A stretch of DNA of 64,000 nt. Source: an uncultured Holophaga sp. (GTDB lineage Bacteria; Acidobacteriota; Holophagae; Holophagales; Holophagaceae). The DNA lies in NCBI GenBank assembly GCA_963664825.1, contig OY761614.1:1920001-1984000 (forward strand), in the 5' to 3' direction. Numbering within the stretch: position 1 is the first letter of the stretch; each line of letters opens with the position of its first letter. The translations under genes and the position numbers were made by a program. Shown here in pieces: positions 20,116 to 29,524 of the stretch. Below the pieces are notes generated by a model that was given only the letters and a program-made list of their open reading frames with translations, was not told where the DNA came from and searched no databases.

Positions 20116-21639
20116 GTGCGTTCGCGATCGCTTCTCCTCCTCGGGACCACACCCCTGCTCCTGGCCCAGTCCCAGCCCACTTTCTACGCAGCCTGGGAGG
20201 ATGGTCGCGACGCGGAGCATCAGGGCCGCTGGCAGGCCGCCCTGGGCGCCTATCGGCGGGCCGTGGCGCTGCGGCCTATGCCCGCGGTTCGCGTCATCAT
20301 CTACGGGAACAATCTCCTGAAGGACTACTTCCCCTACACCCGCATGGCGCGCTGCCACCTGGAGTTGGGGGAACTGGAGGCCGCCGAGGCCTCTCTTGGT
20401 CGGGGCGAGGCCCAGGCCGAGCCCCTCGGTGAGCGGCAGGCGCTGCTGCGGCGCCTGAGGGAACTTCGGGCCGCGCGCTTGGGGCCAGTATCCCGACTGC
20501 CGACGACCGCTCCGGCGGAATCCCCAACTCGTGGATCTGCGGCGCCTCCGCCCTCTCCGGTCCTTCCTGCGCTCCAGGCCGAGGCCGCGCCGGTTCCCCA
20601 GGGGCTTCCCCTCGGTCAGACCCCCGCGAAGCCCTCGGCCCCCCCGTCGAAGACCCAGGCCAGGGCTGTACCCGCCCCTGTCACGACCCTTCCGGCAGCA
20701 CCACCCGTTCCCCCCCAGCGGAGAGGGAGATCCCGGTGGCCACTGGGGATAGCTCTCTGCGCCTCCTTGGGAGGGCTCCTGCTCCTGGTCCGGTGGCTCG
20801 GGAGGCGCAAGGCCGGGCTGCGGCTTTCCGCCTTCGAGACTCCTGAGCACATCGGCCCCTACCGGTTGGAACGCCTTCTGGGTCGCGGGGGTTTCGCTAG
20901 CACCTACCTGGCCCGTCATTCACAGACCGGACAGTTGGTGGCCTTGAAGCTCCTCCATCCCTATCGTCAGGATGATCCGGAATTCCTGGGGCGCTTCCGT
21001 CAGGAGGCCCGTCTGGGGAGGCTGTTGGACCATCCCAATCTCGTGCATCTTGTGGATCCTGGGCCTTCGATTGGGTCGCCCTGGTTGGCCATGGAATACG
21101 TTGATGGGCAGCGGATGGATCAGTTCCTGCGGGAACGGGGCCCCCTGCCCGTGGCGGAGATCCTTCGATTGGGCCGTGCCCTGGCGTCTGCCATGGCCTA
21201 CGCCCATGCCCATGGCGTGGTTCACCGGGATCTGAAGCCAGGCAATGTCATGCTCCTGGATGGCCAGGTGAAGGTGATGGACTTCGGTATCGCGCGGACC
21301 ATGGATTCCCAGACCCTGACGACGACTTACGCCTTCTTGGGCACGCCCCTCTACGCCGCACCCGAGGTCCAGTTCAAGAGCCAGGTGGGGCCCGCGGCCG
21401 ATGGCTATTCCCTGGGCATCATGCTCTTCGAGATGCTCGCCGGGCATCCGCCCTTCACGGGGGAAACGCCCTTCGAGATTCTGGACCAGCACCGGGCCGC
21501 TCCCTTTCCAGACCTCAGGGCCCTGCGTCCGGACGCGCCCGAGGTCTTAGTCCGGCTGCTGGAGCGCCTCTGCGCCAAACAGCCCGAGGAGCGGCCGGAG
21601 GATATGGAAGTGTTCGAGACCCTCGAAGGGCTTGGCTGA
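20116..21639 (+). CDS. Membrane Hanks-type Ser/Thr kinase with N-terminal TPR-like ectodomain
   Basis: Signal-like N-terminus, Pro-rich linker, one TM, then GRGGFA, ALK, HRDLKPGN, DFG, APE. Confidence 0.92.
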   Translation: MRSRSLLLLGTTPLLLAQSQPTFYAAWEDGRDAEHQGRWQAALGAYRRAVALRPMPAVRVIIYGNNLLKDYFPYTRMARCHLELGELEAAEASLGRGEAQAEPLGERQALLRRLRELRAARLGPVSRLPTTAPAESPTRGSAAPPPSPVLPALQAEAAPVPQGLPLGQTPAKPSAPPSKTQARAVPAPVTTLPAAPPVPPQRRGRSRWPLGIALCASLGGLLLLVRWLGRRKAGLRLSAFETPEHIGPYRLERLLGRGGFASTYLARHSQTGQLVALKLLHPYRQDDPEFLGRFRQEARLGRLLDHPNLVHLVDPGPSIGSPWLAMEYVDGQRMDQFLRERGPLPVAEILRLGRALASAMAYAHAHGVVHRDLKPGNVMLLDGQVKVMDFGIARTMDSQTLTTTYAFLGTPLYAAPEVQFKSQVGPAADGYSLGIMLFEMLAGHPPFTGETPFEILDQHRAAPFPDLRALRPDAPEVLVRLLERLCAKQPEERPEDMEVFETLEGLG

Positions 21640-21643
21640 AACG

Positions 21644-24118
21644 CTAGAACACCCGCAGCAGCATGACATACCCGTTCACGGTGCATACGCCGGGGATATC
21701 GCTCTGGAGGCCGACGCCGAGATTGAGGCGCAGGGTGGTGAACCACCAGAAGCCCGGCAGATCGCCCGCGACGCCAAGGCCCGTGAAACCGTAGGTCTTC
21801 TGGTCGTCCAGGCTGCGGGCCCGGGCGTGATCCAGGGTCAGGGTGAGGCGCAGATTGGACCCTGAAGGCAGCACGACCCCTGCCTTCACGTAGTCCACCT
21901 GGTCTGCCGCCAGGGAATTGGCGCGGATGCCGGCCACATGCTCATCGCCGCCCCCCAGGGAGGTGAAGCGATCGAAGCTCCGGCCCCCGGCGAAGCCCGT
22001 CTCCCCGTGCAGCCACCATTCGCCCTCCATGCGCTGGTCGTAGCCCACCCGGGCGCCCCAGCGGCGGAAGCTGCCCCCATCGGGGATGGCCTGGGGGGCC
22101 AGGGCCGTGCCGTAGGCGCCATCGGGCCTTTGGCCCGCGCCGTAGTAGGCGTGGAGCTGGAAGCCTTGGGCCTGCCAGGACCCGGCGCCCTCCCATTGGC
22201 GGGTGAGCCCCGAGGGGGGCATCTGGAAGCCGGGAGTGACGTATTTGTCCTCCCGGGGCTGGGAGAAGCGATCGTACTGGAAGCGGGTGGTGGCCGTCAG
22301 GCGGAAGCCCTGGCCCAGATCGCGCCCGAGGGTCAGGGAGAGGAGCCCGAATTGCCGGGCCACGCCATCCTTCTCCAGGAGCTTGCCGTCTTTCACGGGG
22401 AGTTCCGTGGAGGGCAGGAGAAAGGTGCGGAACTGGGCGCCCAGATCGAAACCTCCGGCCAGGCGCGGCACGCTCATCTCCACCTGATTGAAGACGATGG
22501 CCGTGACGGCGTTGAGCTGGATGCCTTTATCGAAGGCGTTGAAATCGTAGTAGGCGAAGCCACCCAGGGGCACGACGGGCATCGAGAGGCCGGGGTCCAC
22601 CAAGAGGAAACCGGCCAGGGCCTTGCCGCTGGTCTTGGGCTTCTCCTCCAGGCGACGGCTGCCATCCTGTTGGAGGTTGTAGTAGCGCAGGCCCTCCGGG
22701 GTCTGCTTGAGCATGGTGACCTTCGAGCCTCTGGCGGCCTGGCGCCGGGCCTCGAAGCCCTGGCCATTGATGCGGAAATCGCTGTAGACATGCTGGCGCT
22801 GGATCTGGGTGACACCCCCGGAACTCATCCAGCGTTCGAAGGTCTCCACTTTCAGGATGCGCCAGAGGCCTGGGCTGGGTTCCCCATAGGTCATCACCCG
22901 CCGCTCGCTCTTCACGATGCCCGGCAGATCGGAGCGTTGGCTCCGCTCCTCCAGGATGCGGCCATTGGATTCCAGGACCAGGAGCTCCCCTTCGGGCAGC
23001 AGGGGATCGCGGTCCACGGCCTCGAAGCGGATCCGGCGCGTACCGACCCTTTCCCCCGGCCCCCCGTCCTCATAGTGGTAGCGCTCCGTGAGGTTGAGAG
23101 CCACGGGGGCCGCGATGCTGCTGCGGGCCTCGATGATGGGCAACTGGACGCCGCCTCCCAGGTTGGCCTTGACGCCATTGACGCGGACTTCCCTCTGCAG
23201 CAGTTCCTCGGCCTCTCCGAGGCGTTCGAAGGCCTGGAAGGAGAAACCCAGATCGGTCCCCGTGCCTTCGGCAGCCTGGAGGTGCAGGTCCACCTGCATC
23301 CGCGCCTCGCAGTTGGACAGGGCGGCGCGGTCCCTCAGCTGGGTGGCCCGCATGCGGGCCAACAGGGCCCCCACGTCATAGCTGTCCTTGGCCGTGACCA
23401 TCACCTCGTGGCGCTCCCGGGGCAGTTCGGCGGCCTTCCATTCGCCCTCCGCGAAATGCCAGCGCCGAGCCTCTCCCGTCTTTCGGTGGTGCAGCGTCAG
23501 ATCCCCCAGGCCACCTTCCACCTCCGTGAATTCCGGGGGCAGGGTCGAGGCCAGGCGGGAGGCGGGTCCCTGGGCAGGCACCACCAGCCGCCCGCCGTCC
23601 CCCAGCAGCATGGACATGCGCGGGCCAGGATCCACGGGCATCCAGAGGAACCAGGGGCGCCCGGGCATCTGCTCCTGGGCCGTCACCAGGATCTGACGCC
23701 ACTTCTCCGGGTCTGTGCCCAGGTCCTCGGGGCTGAGGAGGCCTCCCTGGAGGGCGCCCCAGGCGCTGGTGTCCCATAAGCTCGGAGCGCCGGGATCGAA
23801 GACCAGGTAGAGGGCCTGATCGGGATTCTGGGCCTTGAGGGCCTGGCTGGCGGCCAGGAGCAGGCCCAGCCGGGCTTGGCCTCGAGGCAGGCACAGGCGG
23901 AGGGCGGGCAGGCCCCTGAAGGCGGAGATGTGGGAGGCCCAGGCCTGGCGGACGGCTTCCATTTGGGCCGGATCCCGGGCGTCCCGGGGCAGGAGCTGCG
24001 CGGCATCGGCTTCCCTCAGATCCAGCAGGGGCGGGAGGGGTGTGCCCACCTGGATCAGGGACTGGGCTCCCAGCGCCATGGACAGGAAGGGGAGCCATCC
24101 TAGATTCGACCAGCGCAT
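21644..24118 (-). CDS. Large secreted/outer-membrane hypothetical protein
   Basis: Signal peptide; C-terminal amphipathic beta-strands ending in Phe. Confidence 0.7.
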   Translation of the reverse strand: MRWSNLGWLPFLSMALGAQSLIQVGTPLPPLLDLREADAAQLLPRDARDPAQMEAVRQAWASHISAFRGLPALRLCLPRGQARLGLLLAASQALKAQNPDQALYLVFDPGAPSLWDTSAWGALQGGLLSPEDLGTDPEKWRQILVTAQEQMPGRPWFLWMPVDPGPRMSMLLGDGGRLVVPAQGPASRLASTLPPEFTEVEGGLGDLTLHHRKTGEARRWHFAEGEWKAAELPRERHEVMVTAKDSYDVGALLARMRATQLRDRAALSNCEARMQVDLHLQAAEGTGTDLGFSFQAFERLGEAEELLQREVRVNGVKANLGGGVQLPIIEARSSIAAPVALNLTERYHYEDGGPGERVGTRRIRFEAVDRDPLLPEGELLVLESNGRILEERSQRSDLPGIVKSERRVMTYGEPSPGLWRILKVETFERWMSSGGVTQIQRQHVYSDFRINGQGFEARRQAARGSKVTMLKQTPEGLRYYNLQQDGSRRLEEKPKTSGKALAGFLLVDPGLSMPVVPLGGFAYYDFNAFDKGIQLNAVTAIVFNQVEMSVPRLAGGFDLGAQFRTFLLPSTELPVKDGKLLEKDGVARQFGLLSLTLGRDLGQGFRLTATTRFQYDRFSQPREDKYVTPGFQMPPSGLTRQWEGAGSWQAQGFQLHAYYGAGQRPDGAYGTALAPQAIPDGGSFRRWGARVGYDQRMEGEWWLHGETGFAGGRSFDRFTSLGGGDEHVAGIRANSLAADQVDYVKAGVVLPSGSNLRLTLTLDHARARSLDDQKTYGFTGLGVAGDLPGFWWFTTLRLNLGVGLQSDIPGVCTVNGYVMLLRVF

Positions 24119-24205
24119 TCGTGCTCCTCGGGTGTCAATGGATGAGTGTACAGGCAGCCCGAGAGGGCGATTAGCCGCTATGCTCGAATATTCTGGGTTG
24201 TTGCC

Positions 24206-25393
24206 ATGCGCTTTTCGGCCAAGTTCACTACCAGGACCGGCGAAGTCCTCGTCCGGGATTATGAAGGCGCGTCCATCGAGGACGTGCAGGCGCGGGTCCT
24301 GGGGGAGGGGAGCTTCCCCCTGGAGGTGAAGAAGGCGGCCTCGGCCTTTCGGCGGCAGCGCACGCTGGCGGCCGATTCCCTCATCCTCTTCAACCAGGAA
24401 CTGCTGGCCCTCCTCAAGGCCGGCATTCCGCTGCTCCAGTCCCTGGAACTGCTGGTGGGCCACGGGAAGGATCCGCTGCTGCGGGATTCCCTGGAACGAG
24501 TGGTGGAGCTGCTCCGGGAGGGCATGGCCTATTCCGAGGCCCTAGAACAGGCGGGCACCTTCCCGGCGGTCTACCGGGCCAATGTGGTGGCCGGCGAGCG
24601 CAGCGGCACCCTGCCCGAGGTTCTCTCCCGCTGGCTGGCCTTCCAGGCCTTCGCCCAGAAGAGCCGCAGCCGCATCGTGGAGGCCATGGTCTATCCGACC
24701 TTCCTGGTGGTGGTGCTCTTCATCTCCCTGGGCGTGATCTTCAATGTGGTGCTGCCGAAATTCCAGGAGATCTACTCGGACGGATCGGTGGAGATGCCCA
24801 CGCCCACACGCATCCTGCTGGGTCTGGGCGCCTTCATGCGGAGCACCATCTGGGTGCAGGGCCTGTTGCTGCTGGGTTTGGCCTTCGTGCTGCGCTGGAT
24901 GTTCACCTCCGAGGCCGGGAAGCGCCTCCTGGAGCGCATTCTGCTTAGCATTCCCAAGATGGGCACCCTCTATCGCATGTACCATTCCTCGGTCTTCTGC
25001 CGGACCCTGAGCGTGCTCCTATCGGGGGGCATGCCCGTGCTCCAGTCGCTGGAAGTGATCCAGCGCACCACGGCCAGCGAGCGGATGAAGTTGCGCCTGG
25101 TGACGGTGATCGAACTGGTGCGGGGGGGCTCTTCCCTACATGGCGCCCTGGAACAATCGAAACTGCTGGACCCCCTCGCCATCGAGATGACGCGGGTGGG
25201 CGAACAGAGCTCGGCCCTGCCCGAGATGCTGGATCATGTGGCGAACTTCTTCGATCAGGAAGTGGAAAAGGCCACTGCTGCCGTGACAGGGCTCATCGGC
25301 CCCGTGCTGATCCTCTTCATGGGCGTGGTGGTGCTGGGCCTGTTGCTGGCCATCTACATGCCCATGTTCAATGCGGGACAGGCCGTGAAGTAG
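24206..25393 (+). CDS. Type II secretion F / PilC family platform protein
   Basis: LLKAGIPL, AGERSG, MVYP, VGEQS, AIYMPMF. Confidence 0.92.
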   Translation: MRFSAKFTTRTGEVLVRDYEGASIEDVQARVLGEGSFPLEVKKAASAFRRQRTLAADSLILFNQELLALLKAGIPLLQSLELLVGHGKDPLLRDSLERVVELLREGMAYSEALEQAGTFPAVYRANVVAGERSGTLPEVLSRWLAFQAFAQKSRSRIVEAMVYPTFLVVVLFISLGVIFNVVLPKFQEIYSDGSVEMPTPTRILLGLGAFMRSTIWVQGLLLLGLAFVLRWMFTSEAGKRLLERILLSIPKMGTLYRMYHSSVFCRTLSVLLSGGMPVLQSLEVIQRTTASERMKLRLVTVIELVRGGSSLHGALEQSKLLDPLAIEMTRVGEQSSALPEMLDHVANFFDQEVEKATAAVTGLIGPVLILFMGVVVLGLLLAIYMPMFNAGQAVK

Positions 25394-25645
25394 GGCCGAG
25401 GCCGAGTTGCATTCCTTGCGCCAAGCTCCGGGAGAAGGCTCCCCCGCTGGCCCAGAGCCTGCCGGGGTGGGGGATCGCTTCAGGGTGATGGAGGCCCGGA
25501 AGGCGCGCTGAAGGTTCACCGTCGAAAAAATATTCACGCGGAGGAACGGAGCCCACGGAGAAGGAACCAAAAAGGGGTTCTTCGCGGAATTCTGGGGAAG
25601 GCCAGGGCACACCTGCGGCTTCGGATGGACGAGGCTCAAAGCAAG

Positions 25646-26182
25646 CCAGGAATTCGTGAAATTGGATCCCGAACCTTCATCCCCGCAGATCCCCTGTCCT
25701 AGTGGGGCCTGGGCTCATCTCCCCACCCGGCGGCGAAGGGGCGCTGGATTTGAACAATGATGAACGCCGATTCACGCCGATGGGGTGAGGCCTGGGGATC
25801 TTCATCCGCGTTCATCCGCGTGCATCAGAGTTGAATCCTTTTCGCAGTGAACCGGCCGCCTCCACGCAAACCGCGATCAGGGATGAAGAGCCTGGGATCC
25901 CTTCACTGGTTGGCGAGGCCTCAAGACTGAACTATGGACACCAGCGAGAAACGCTAGAACCAGTGATAGCCAGTGAGGACAGTGAGGAGAGAAATGACCG
26001 ATGAGGTTATTTGCGGGAACAGGCTCTCGGACATCATGGTTTTCCTGAACCCCTTGAGAGGGTGCCAGCCAGAGCCCCTGCCTTTTCACCGTTCTCACCG
26101 GTAGATCTTGGACCCTGGGAAGCGGTGAACCGCCTCCTCAAACCAGGAATTGGTGAAATTGGATCCCGAACCTTCATCCCCG
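25646..26182. repeat. 40-bp direct repeat (25646-25685 and 26143-26182) within a repeat-rich intergenic region
   Basis: ccaggaatt(c/g)gtgaaattggatcccgaaccttcatccccg, one mismatch. Confidence 0.85.
25746..25838. repeat. Inverted repeat with 9-nt-periodic arms
   Basis: gatgaacgccgattcacgccgatg pairs imperfectly with catccgcgttcatccgcgtgcatc. Confidence 0.75.
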
Positions 26183-26363
26183 GCTATCCCCGGCGCGGCC
26201 CCCCTACAGCGTCCCGGCGTAGGGATCCGGCCAGTAGGGGTCCCGGGTGTAGGGTTCCCGCATCCAGACTTCCTGGGGAAATTCCATGGGTTCCTGGGAC
26301 TGGATGGGTTCGTAGGGGGGAGGAGGCAGACCTGTCATGGACCCGATTTTACAGGGAAATCAG

Positions 26364-26449
26364 GCGGGGTGGCCAGGCTTTGCCTGGACACCCCGCGGGG
26401 GTCAAAGGGGGGACATCGCGACCGGAGGGAACAGGCGGTCCCCCCTTTC
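26364..26449. repeat. Two-hairpin GC-rich repeat, copy 2 (just past the rlmN stop)
   Basis: gcggggtggccaggctttgcctggacaccccgc + gggggtc + aaaggggggacatcgc...caggcggtcccccctttc. Confidence 0.8.
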
Positions 26450-26452
26450 TGG

Positions 26453-27538
26453 TTAGACCCGGCGCGATTCTTCACGTATCAACTGTCCGCAGGCCCCTTG
26501 CACGTCCCGGCCCCGGCTCTTGCGCACGGTCACGAAGCAGCCCCGGGCCTTCAGCCGGGCCACGAAGGCATTCAGATTGGCCTCCTGGGAACCCTGGCAG
26601 GGAGAGGCGGCGTGTTCATTGAGGCCGATGAGGTTGAGATTGTGGCGCTCCCGCAGGGGGCCCAGCCAGTCCGCAAGGCGGTCTGCGTCCTCCAGGCTGT
26701 CGTTGCCCGTCATGAGGACGTACTCGAAGGTGAGCCTCTCCTTGGCCCCCAGGGGCCATTCCTCCAGGGCCTGGCGCAACCGGGCCAGGTTCCAGGCCCG
26801 GTTGACGGGCATGATGGCGCTCCGGGCCTCGTCGGTGGTGGCGTTGAGGGAGATGGCCAGCCAGGGGCGGGGACTCATCTGGGCCAGCCTCTGGATGCCG
26901 GGGACCAGGCCCGAGGTCGAGACGGTGATCCGCTTGGTGCTGATATTCAGGCCCTGGGGGTGGTTGAAGACCCGGATGGCTCGGTGCACATGCTCCAGGT
27001 TGTGGAGGGGTTCGCCCATGCCCATGAAGACCAGGGTGATCTGGTGGGGTTTCTCGGGGCCCAGCTCCTTCAGGAGCGTCAGCACCTGGCCTGTGATCTC
27101 CCCGGCCGTGAGGTTGCGTCGGATGCCCATGGAGCCCGTGGCGCAGAAGGCGCATCCCATGGCGCAGCCCACCTGGCTGCTGATGCAGAGGGTGACCCTG
27201 GGATTGCGCACGGCCCGGGGCATGTGCACGGCCTCGATGCGCTGACCGTCCGCGAGGCCCAGGACCACCTTGGTGCTGCCGTCCTCTGATGCATGGCGCT
27301 CCAGGATCGCCGGCAGGGTCCCATCCAGGCGGGCCGCCATCCATTCCCGGATCTCCTTGCTCAGGCGGGGGCGCTCCTCCACCCAGACCCAGGGGTGCTG
27401 GCACTGGGTGAAGATGTGATCGGGCCTCCCCGGTGCCCCCAAGGCCTCGAAGTCCTCCGGGAGGAGGGCGAAGGCTGAAGGCAGTCCCTGTCGTTCGGGA
27501 GCGGGGCGATCCCAGGCGTGGTGCGCGATCTCTACCAT
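26453..27538 (-). CDS. rlmN: 23S rRNA m2A2503 methyltransferase (radical SAM)
   Basis: CISSQVGCAMGCAFC, MGMGEP, GACGQL. Confidence 0.93.
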   Translation of the reverse strand: MVEIAHHAWDRPAPERQGLPSAFALLPEDFEALGAPGRPDHIFTQCQHPWVWVEERPRLSKEIREWMAARLDGTLPAILERHASEDGSTKVVLGLADGQRIEAVHMPRAVRNPRVTLCISSQVGCAMGCAFCATGSMGIRRNLTAGEITGQVLTLLKELGPEKPHQITLVFMGMGEPLHNLEHVHRAIRVFNHPQGLNISTKRITVSTSGLVPGIQRLAQMSPRPWLAISLNATTDEARSAIMPVNRAWNLARLRQALEEWPLGAKERLTFEYVLMTGNDSLEDADRLADWLGPLRERHNLNLIGLNEHAASPCQGSQEANLNAFVARLKARGCFVTVRKSRGRDVQGACGQLIREESRRV

Positions 27539-27584
27539 GCCTCCATGGTACAGGGCCCTGGGTGGGAAACGGGTCCCCCATTTG

Positions 27585-27683
27585 GAACGCGAAGGCCGCG
27601 AAGGGGGCTAAGCGCGCGAAGAACTGAGGCCTTTGCCCGAAGTCCCATTCGCGCCCTTCGCTTCCTTGGCGCTCTTCGCGTTC
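27585..27683. repeat. Inverted repeat with 9-nt-periodic arms
   Basis: gaacgcgaag-gccgcgaag-ggggctaag-cgcgcgaa pairs with ttcgcgcccttcgcttccttggcgctcttcgcgttc. Confidence 0.8.
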
Positions 27684-27684
27684 T

Positions 27685-28155
27685 TCAGTTGCCCTTGGGG
27701 GCTGTGGCCTCACCCTTGAGGCTCACCACTTCCACCTCGAAGAGGAGGGTGGCTCCCGGGGGAATGACGCCGCCGGCGCCCTTATCGCCATAGGCCAGTT
27801 CGGGGGGGATGATCAGCACGCGTTTGGCGCCCTTCTTCATGCCAAGCACGCCTTCATCCCAGCCCTTGATGACCTGACCTGCGCCCAGCACGAATTCGAA
27901 GGGCTTCCGGCGGTTCAGGTTGGAATCGAAGAGTTTCCCCTGGCGGCCCTTGGCTGTGTCGTAGATCCAGCCCCGGTAGAGCATGCCGGGAGTCTGCCCC
28001 TGGGCGGCGCCCTTGCCGCTGCCCGGCTTGATCTCCGCGATCTGCAGGCCGCTGGCCGTCTTGGTGAAGGTGCCTGAGAGCTTGTGGTCCGCGAAGAGGG
28101 GCGCGGCCAAGAGGACCAGGGCCAGGGCGCCGAATAGCCATCGGGAAAGACGCAT
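27685..28155 (-). CDS. FKBP-type peptidyl-prolyl isomerase, exported
   Basis: FDS, QVIKGWDEG, IPPELAYG, IPPGATLLFEVE; signal peptide. Confidence 0.95.
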   Translation of the reverse strand: MRLSRWLFGALALVLLAAPLFADHKLSGTFTKTASGLQIAEIKPGSGKGAAQGQTPGMLYRGWIYDTAKGRQGKLFDSNLNRRKPFEFVLGAGQVIKGWDEGVLGMKKGAKRVLIIPPELAYGDKGAGGVIPPGATLLFEVEVVSLKGEATAPKGN

Positions 28156-28233
28156 GGAAACCTCACGAAGAATGGAAAATAGGTTCTAAACCGTTGTCAC
28201 GAATGAATCTTACTATCCCAGCGGCAAAGGGAG

Positions 28234-29505
28234 CTACCCGGCCAGATCCTGCTGGCGGATCTCGCCGTGCTTCCGCGTGCCCAGGGCCGAGACCGCCATC
28301 TGCTCCGGGCGCAGCACCTCCCGGGCCACCCGGTTGAGGGTATCCAGGTCCACGGCCTCGATCTCCTGGATCTGGCTATCGAGATCGAGGATGGCATCCA
28401 TGTGGATGGCCTGATGGGCCAGGGAGAACATCCGGGCGCTGGTGGATTCCTGGCTGAAGACTAGGCTCGTGCGGGCCTGGAGCTTAGCGCGCCCCAGTTC
28501 TTCCAGCGTGGCGCCCTGGGCTGCCAGGCGCACGCATTCGGCGGCGCCCCGCTGCACCAGTTCCCGGGCCTTGTCGGAGGCGCAGCTGGCGCTGATCTGC
28601 AGGGCGCCTCCCTCCCGGTAGTGGCTGAGGTAGCTGCCGATCTGGTAGCAGAGGGCGTGCCTCTCCCGGAGTTCCATGAAGAGCCGGGAGGACATGCCGC
28701 CCCCCAGCACATGGCTCAGGAGGTTCACCGCCACGCGATCCGGGTGGCGGTGGTTGGGGGCGGGAAATCCCAGGATGAGGCTGGCCTGCTGGAGATCCTT
28801 CCGGGGGGTATTGAGGATGAAGGGATGGGGGGCGTCCGTGGAGGGGTCCTCCCCGGGGGCGCCATCGGGCAGGCGGTCCAGGACGGGGCGCAGCATTTCG
28901 AGAAAAGCCTGCGGTTCGATATCGCCCGCGGCCGCGATGAGCAGATTGGGCGCCCGGTAGGTCTTTCGGAAGAAGGCCCGCGCCTCTTCCACGCCATAGC
29001 CTGCGACCTGCTGGGGGCGGCCCAGGATGGGGTGGGCCAGGGCGCCGCCCTTCCAAAAATTCAGGTAGAAGAGCTCATTGACCCAGTCATCCGGCTGGTC
29101 TTCGCTCTGGGAGATCTCCTCCAGGATCACCTTGCGTTCCCGCACCAGCTCTTCGGCATCGAAGCGGGGCGTCGTGACGAGGTCCCCCAGCAGCGCGACC
29201 ATCTCCGGCAACTGTTCCCGCAGCGCCTTCCCATAGAAACAGGCCGTTTCCTTGCCCGTGAAGGCGTCCACGTTCCCGCCCAGGGCGTCCGTGGCCGCGC
29301 TCATGCTCACGGGGTCCGGGAAGCGCTCCGTGCCCTTGAAGACCGTGTGCTCGATGAAATGGGCCAGGCCCTCTTCGGCCGCGGTCTCGTGGATGCTGCC
29401 CCGTTTCACCCAGAATCCCACCGAGCAGCTCCGCACATGGGAGAGGGGTTCGATCAGGATCTCGGTGCCCGTGGGCGTTTGGGTGCGGAAGGTGGATTCG
29501 GCCAT
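28234..29505 (-). CDS. M16 (pitrilysin) family peptidase
   Basis: GLAHFIEHTVFKG (HXXEH); GGGMSSRLF.ELRE. Confidence 0.93.
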   Translation of the reverse strand: MAESTFRTQTPTGTEILIEPLSHVRSCSVGFWVKRGSIHETAAEEGLAHFIEHTVFKGTERFPDPVSMSAATDALGGNVDAFTGKETACFYGKALREQLPEMVALLGDLVTTPRFDAEELVRERKVILEEISQSEDQPDDWVNELFYLNFWKGGALAHPILGRPQQVAGYGVEEARAFFRKTYRAPNLLIAAAGDIEPQAFLEMLRPVLDRLPDGAPGEDPSTDAPHPFILNTPRKDLQQASLILGFPAPNHRHPDRVAVNLLSHVLGGGMSSRLFMELRERHALCYQIGSYLSHYREGGALQISASCASDKARELVQRGAAECVRLAAQGATLEELGRAKLQARTSLVFSQESTSARMFSLAHQAIHMDAILDLDSQIQEIEAVDLDTLNRVAREVLRPEQMAVSALGTRKHGEIRQQDLAG

Positions 29506-29524
29506 GGGACCAGTGTAAGGCTCT

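Noticed and set aside
25646..26182. Possible CRISPR array
   Set aside because: Only two copies about 500 bp apart, no regular spacers, no cas genes
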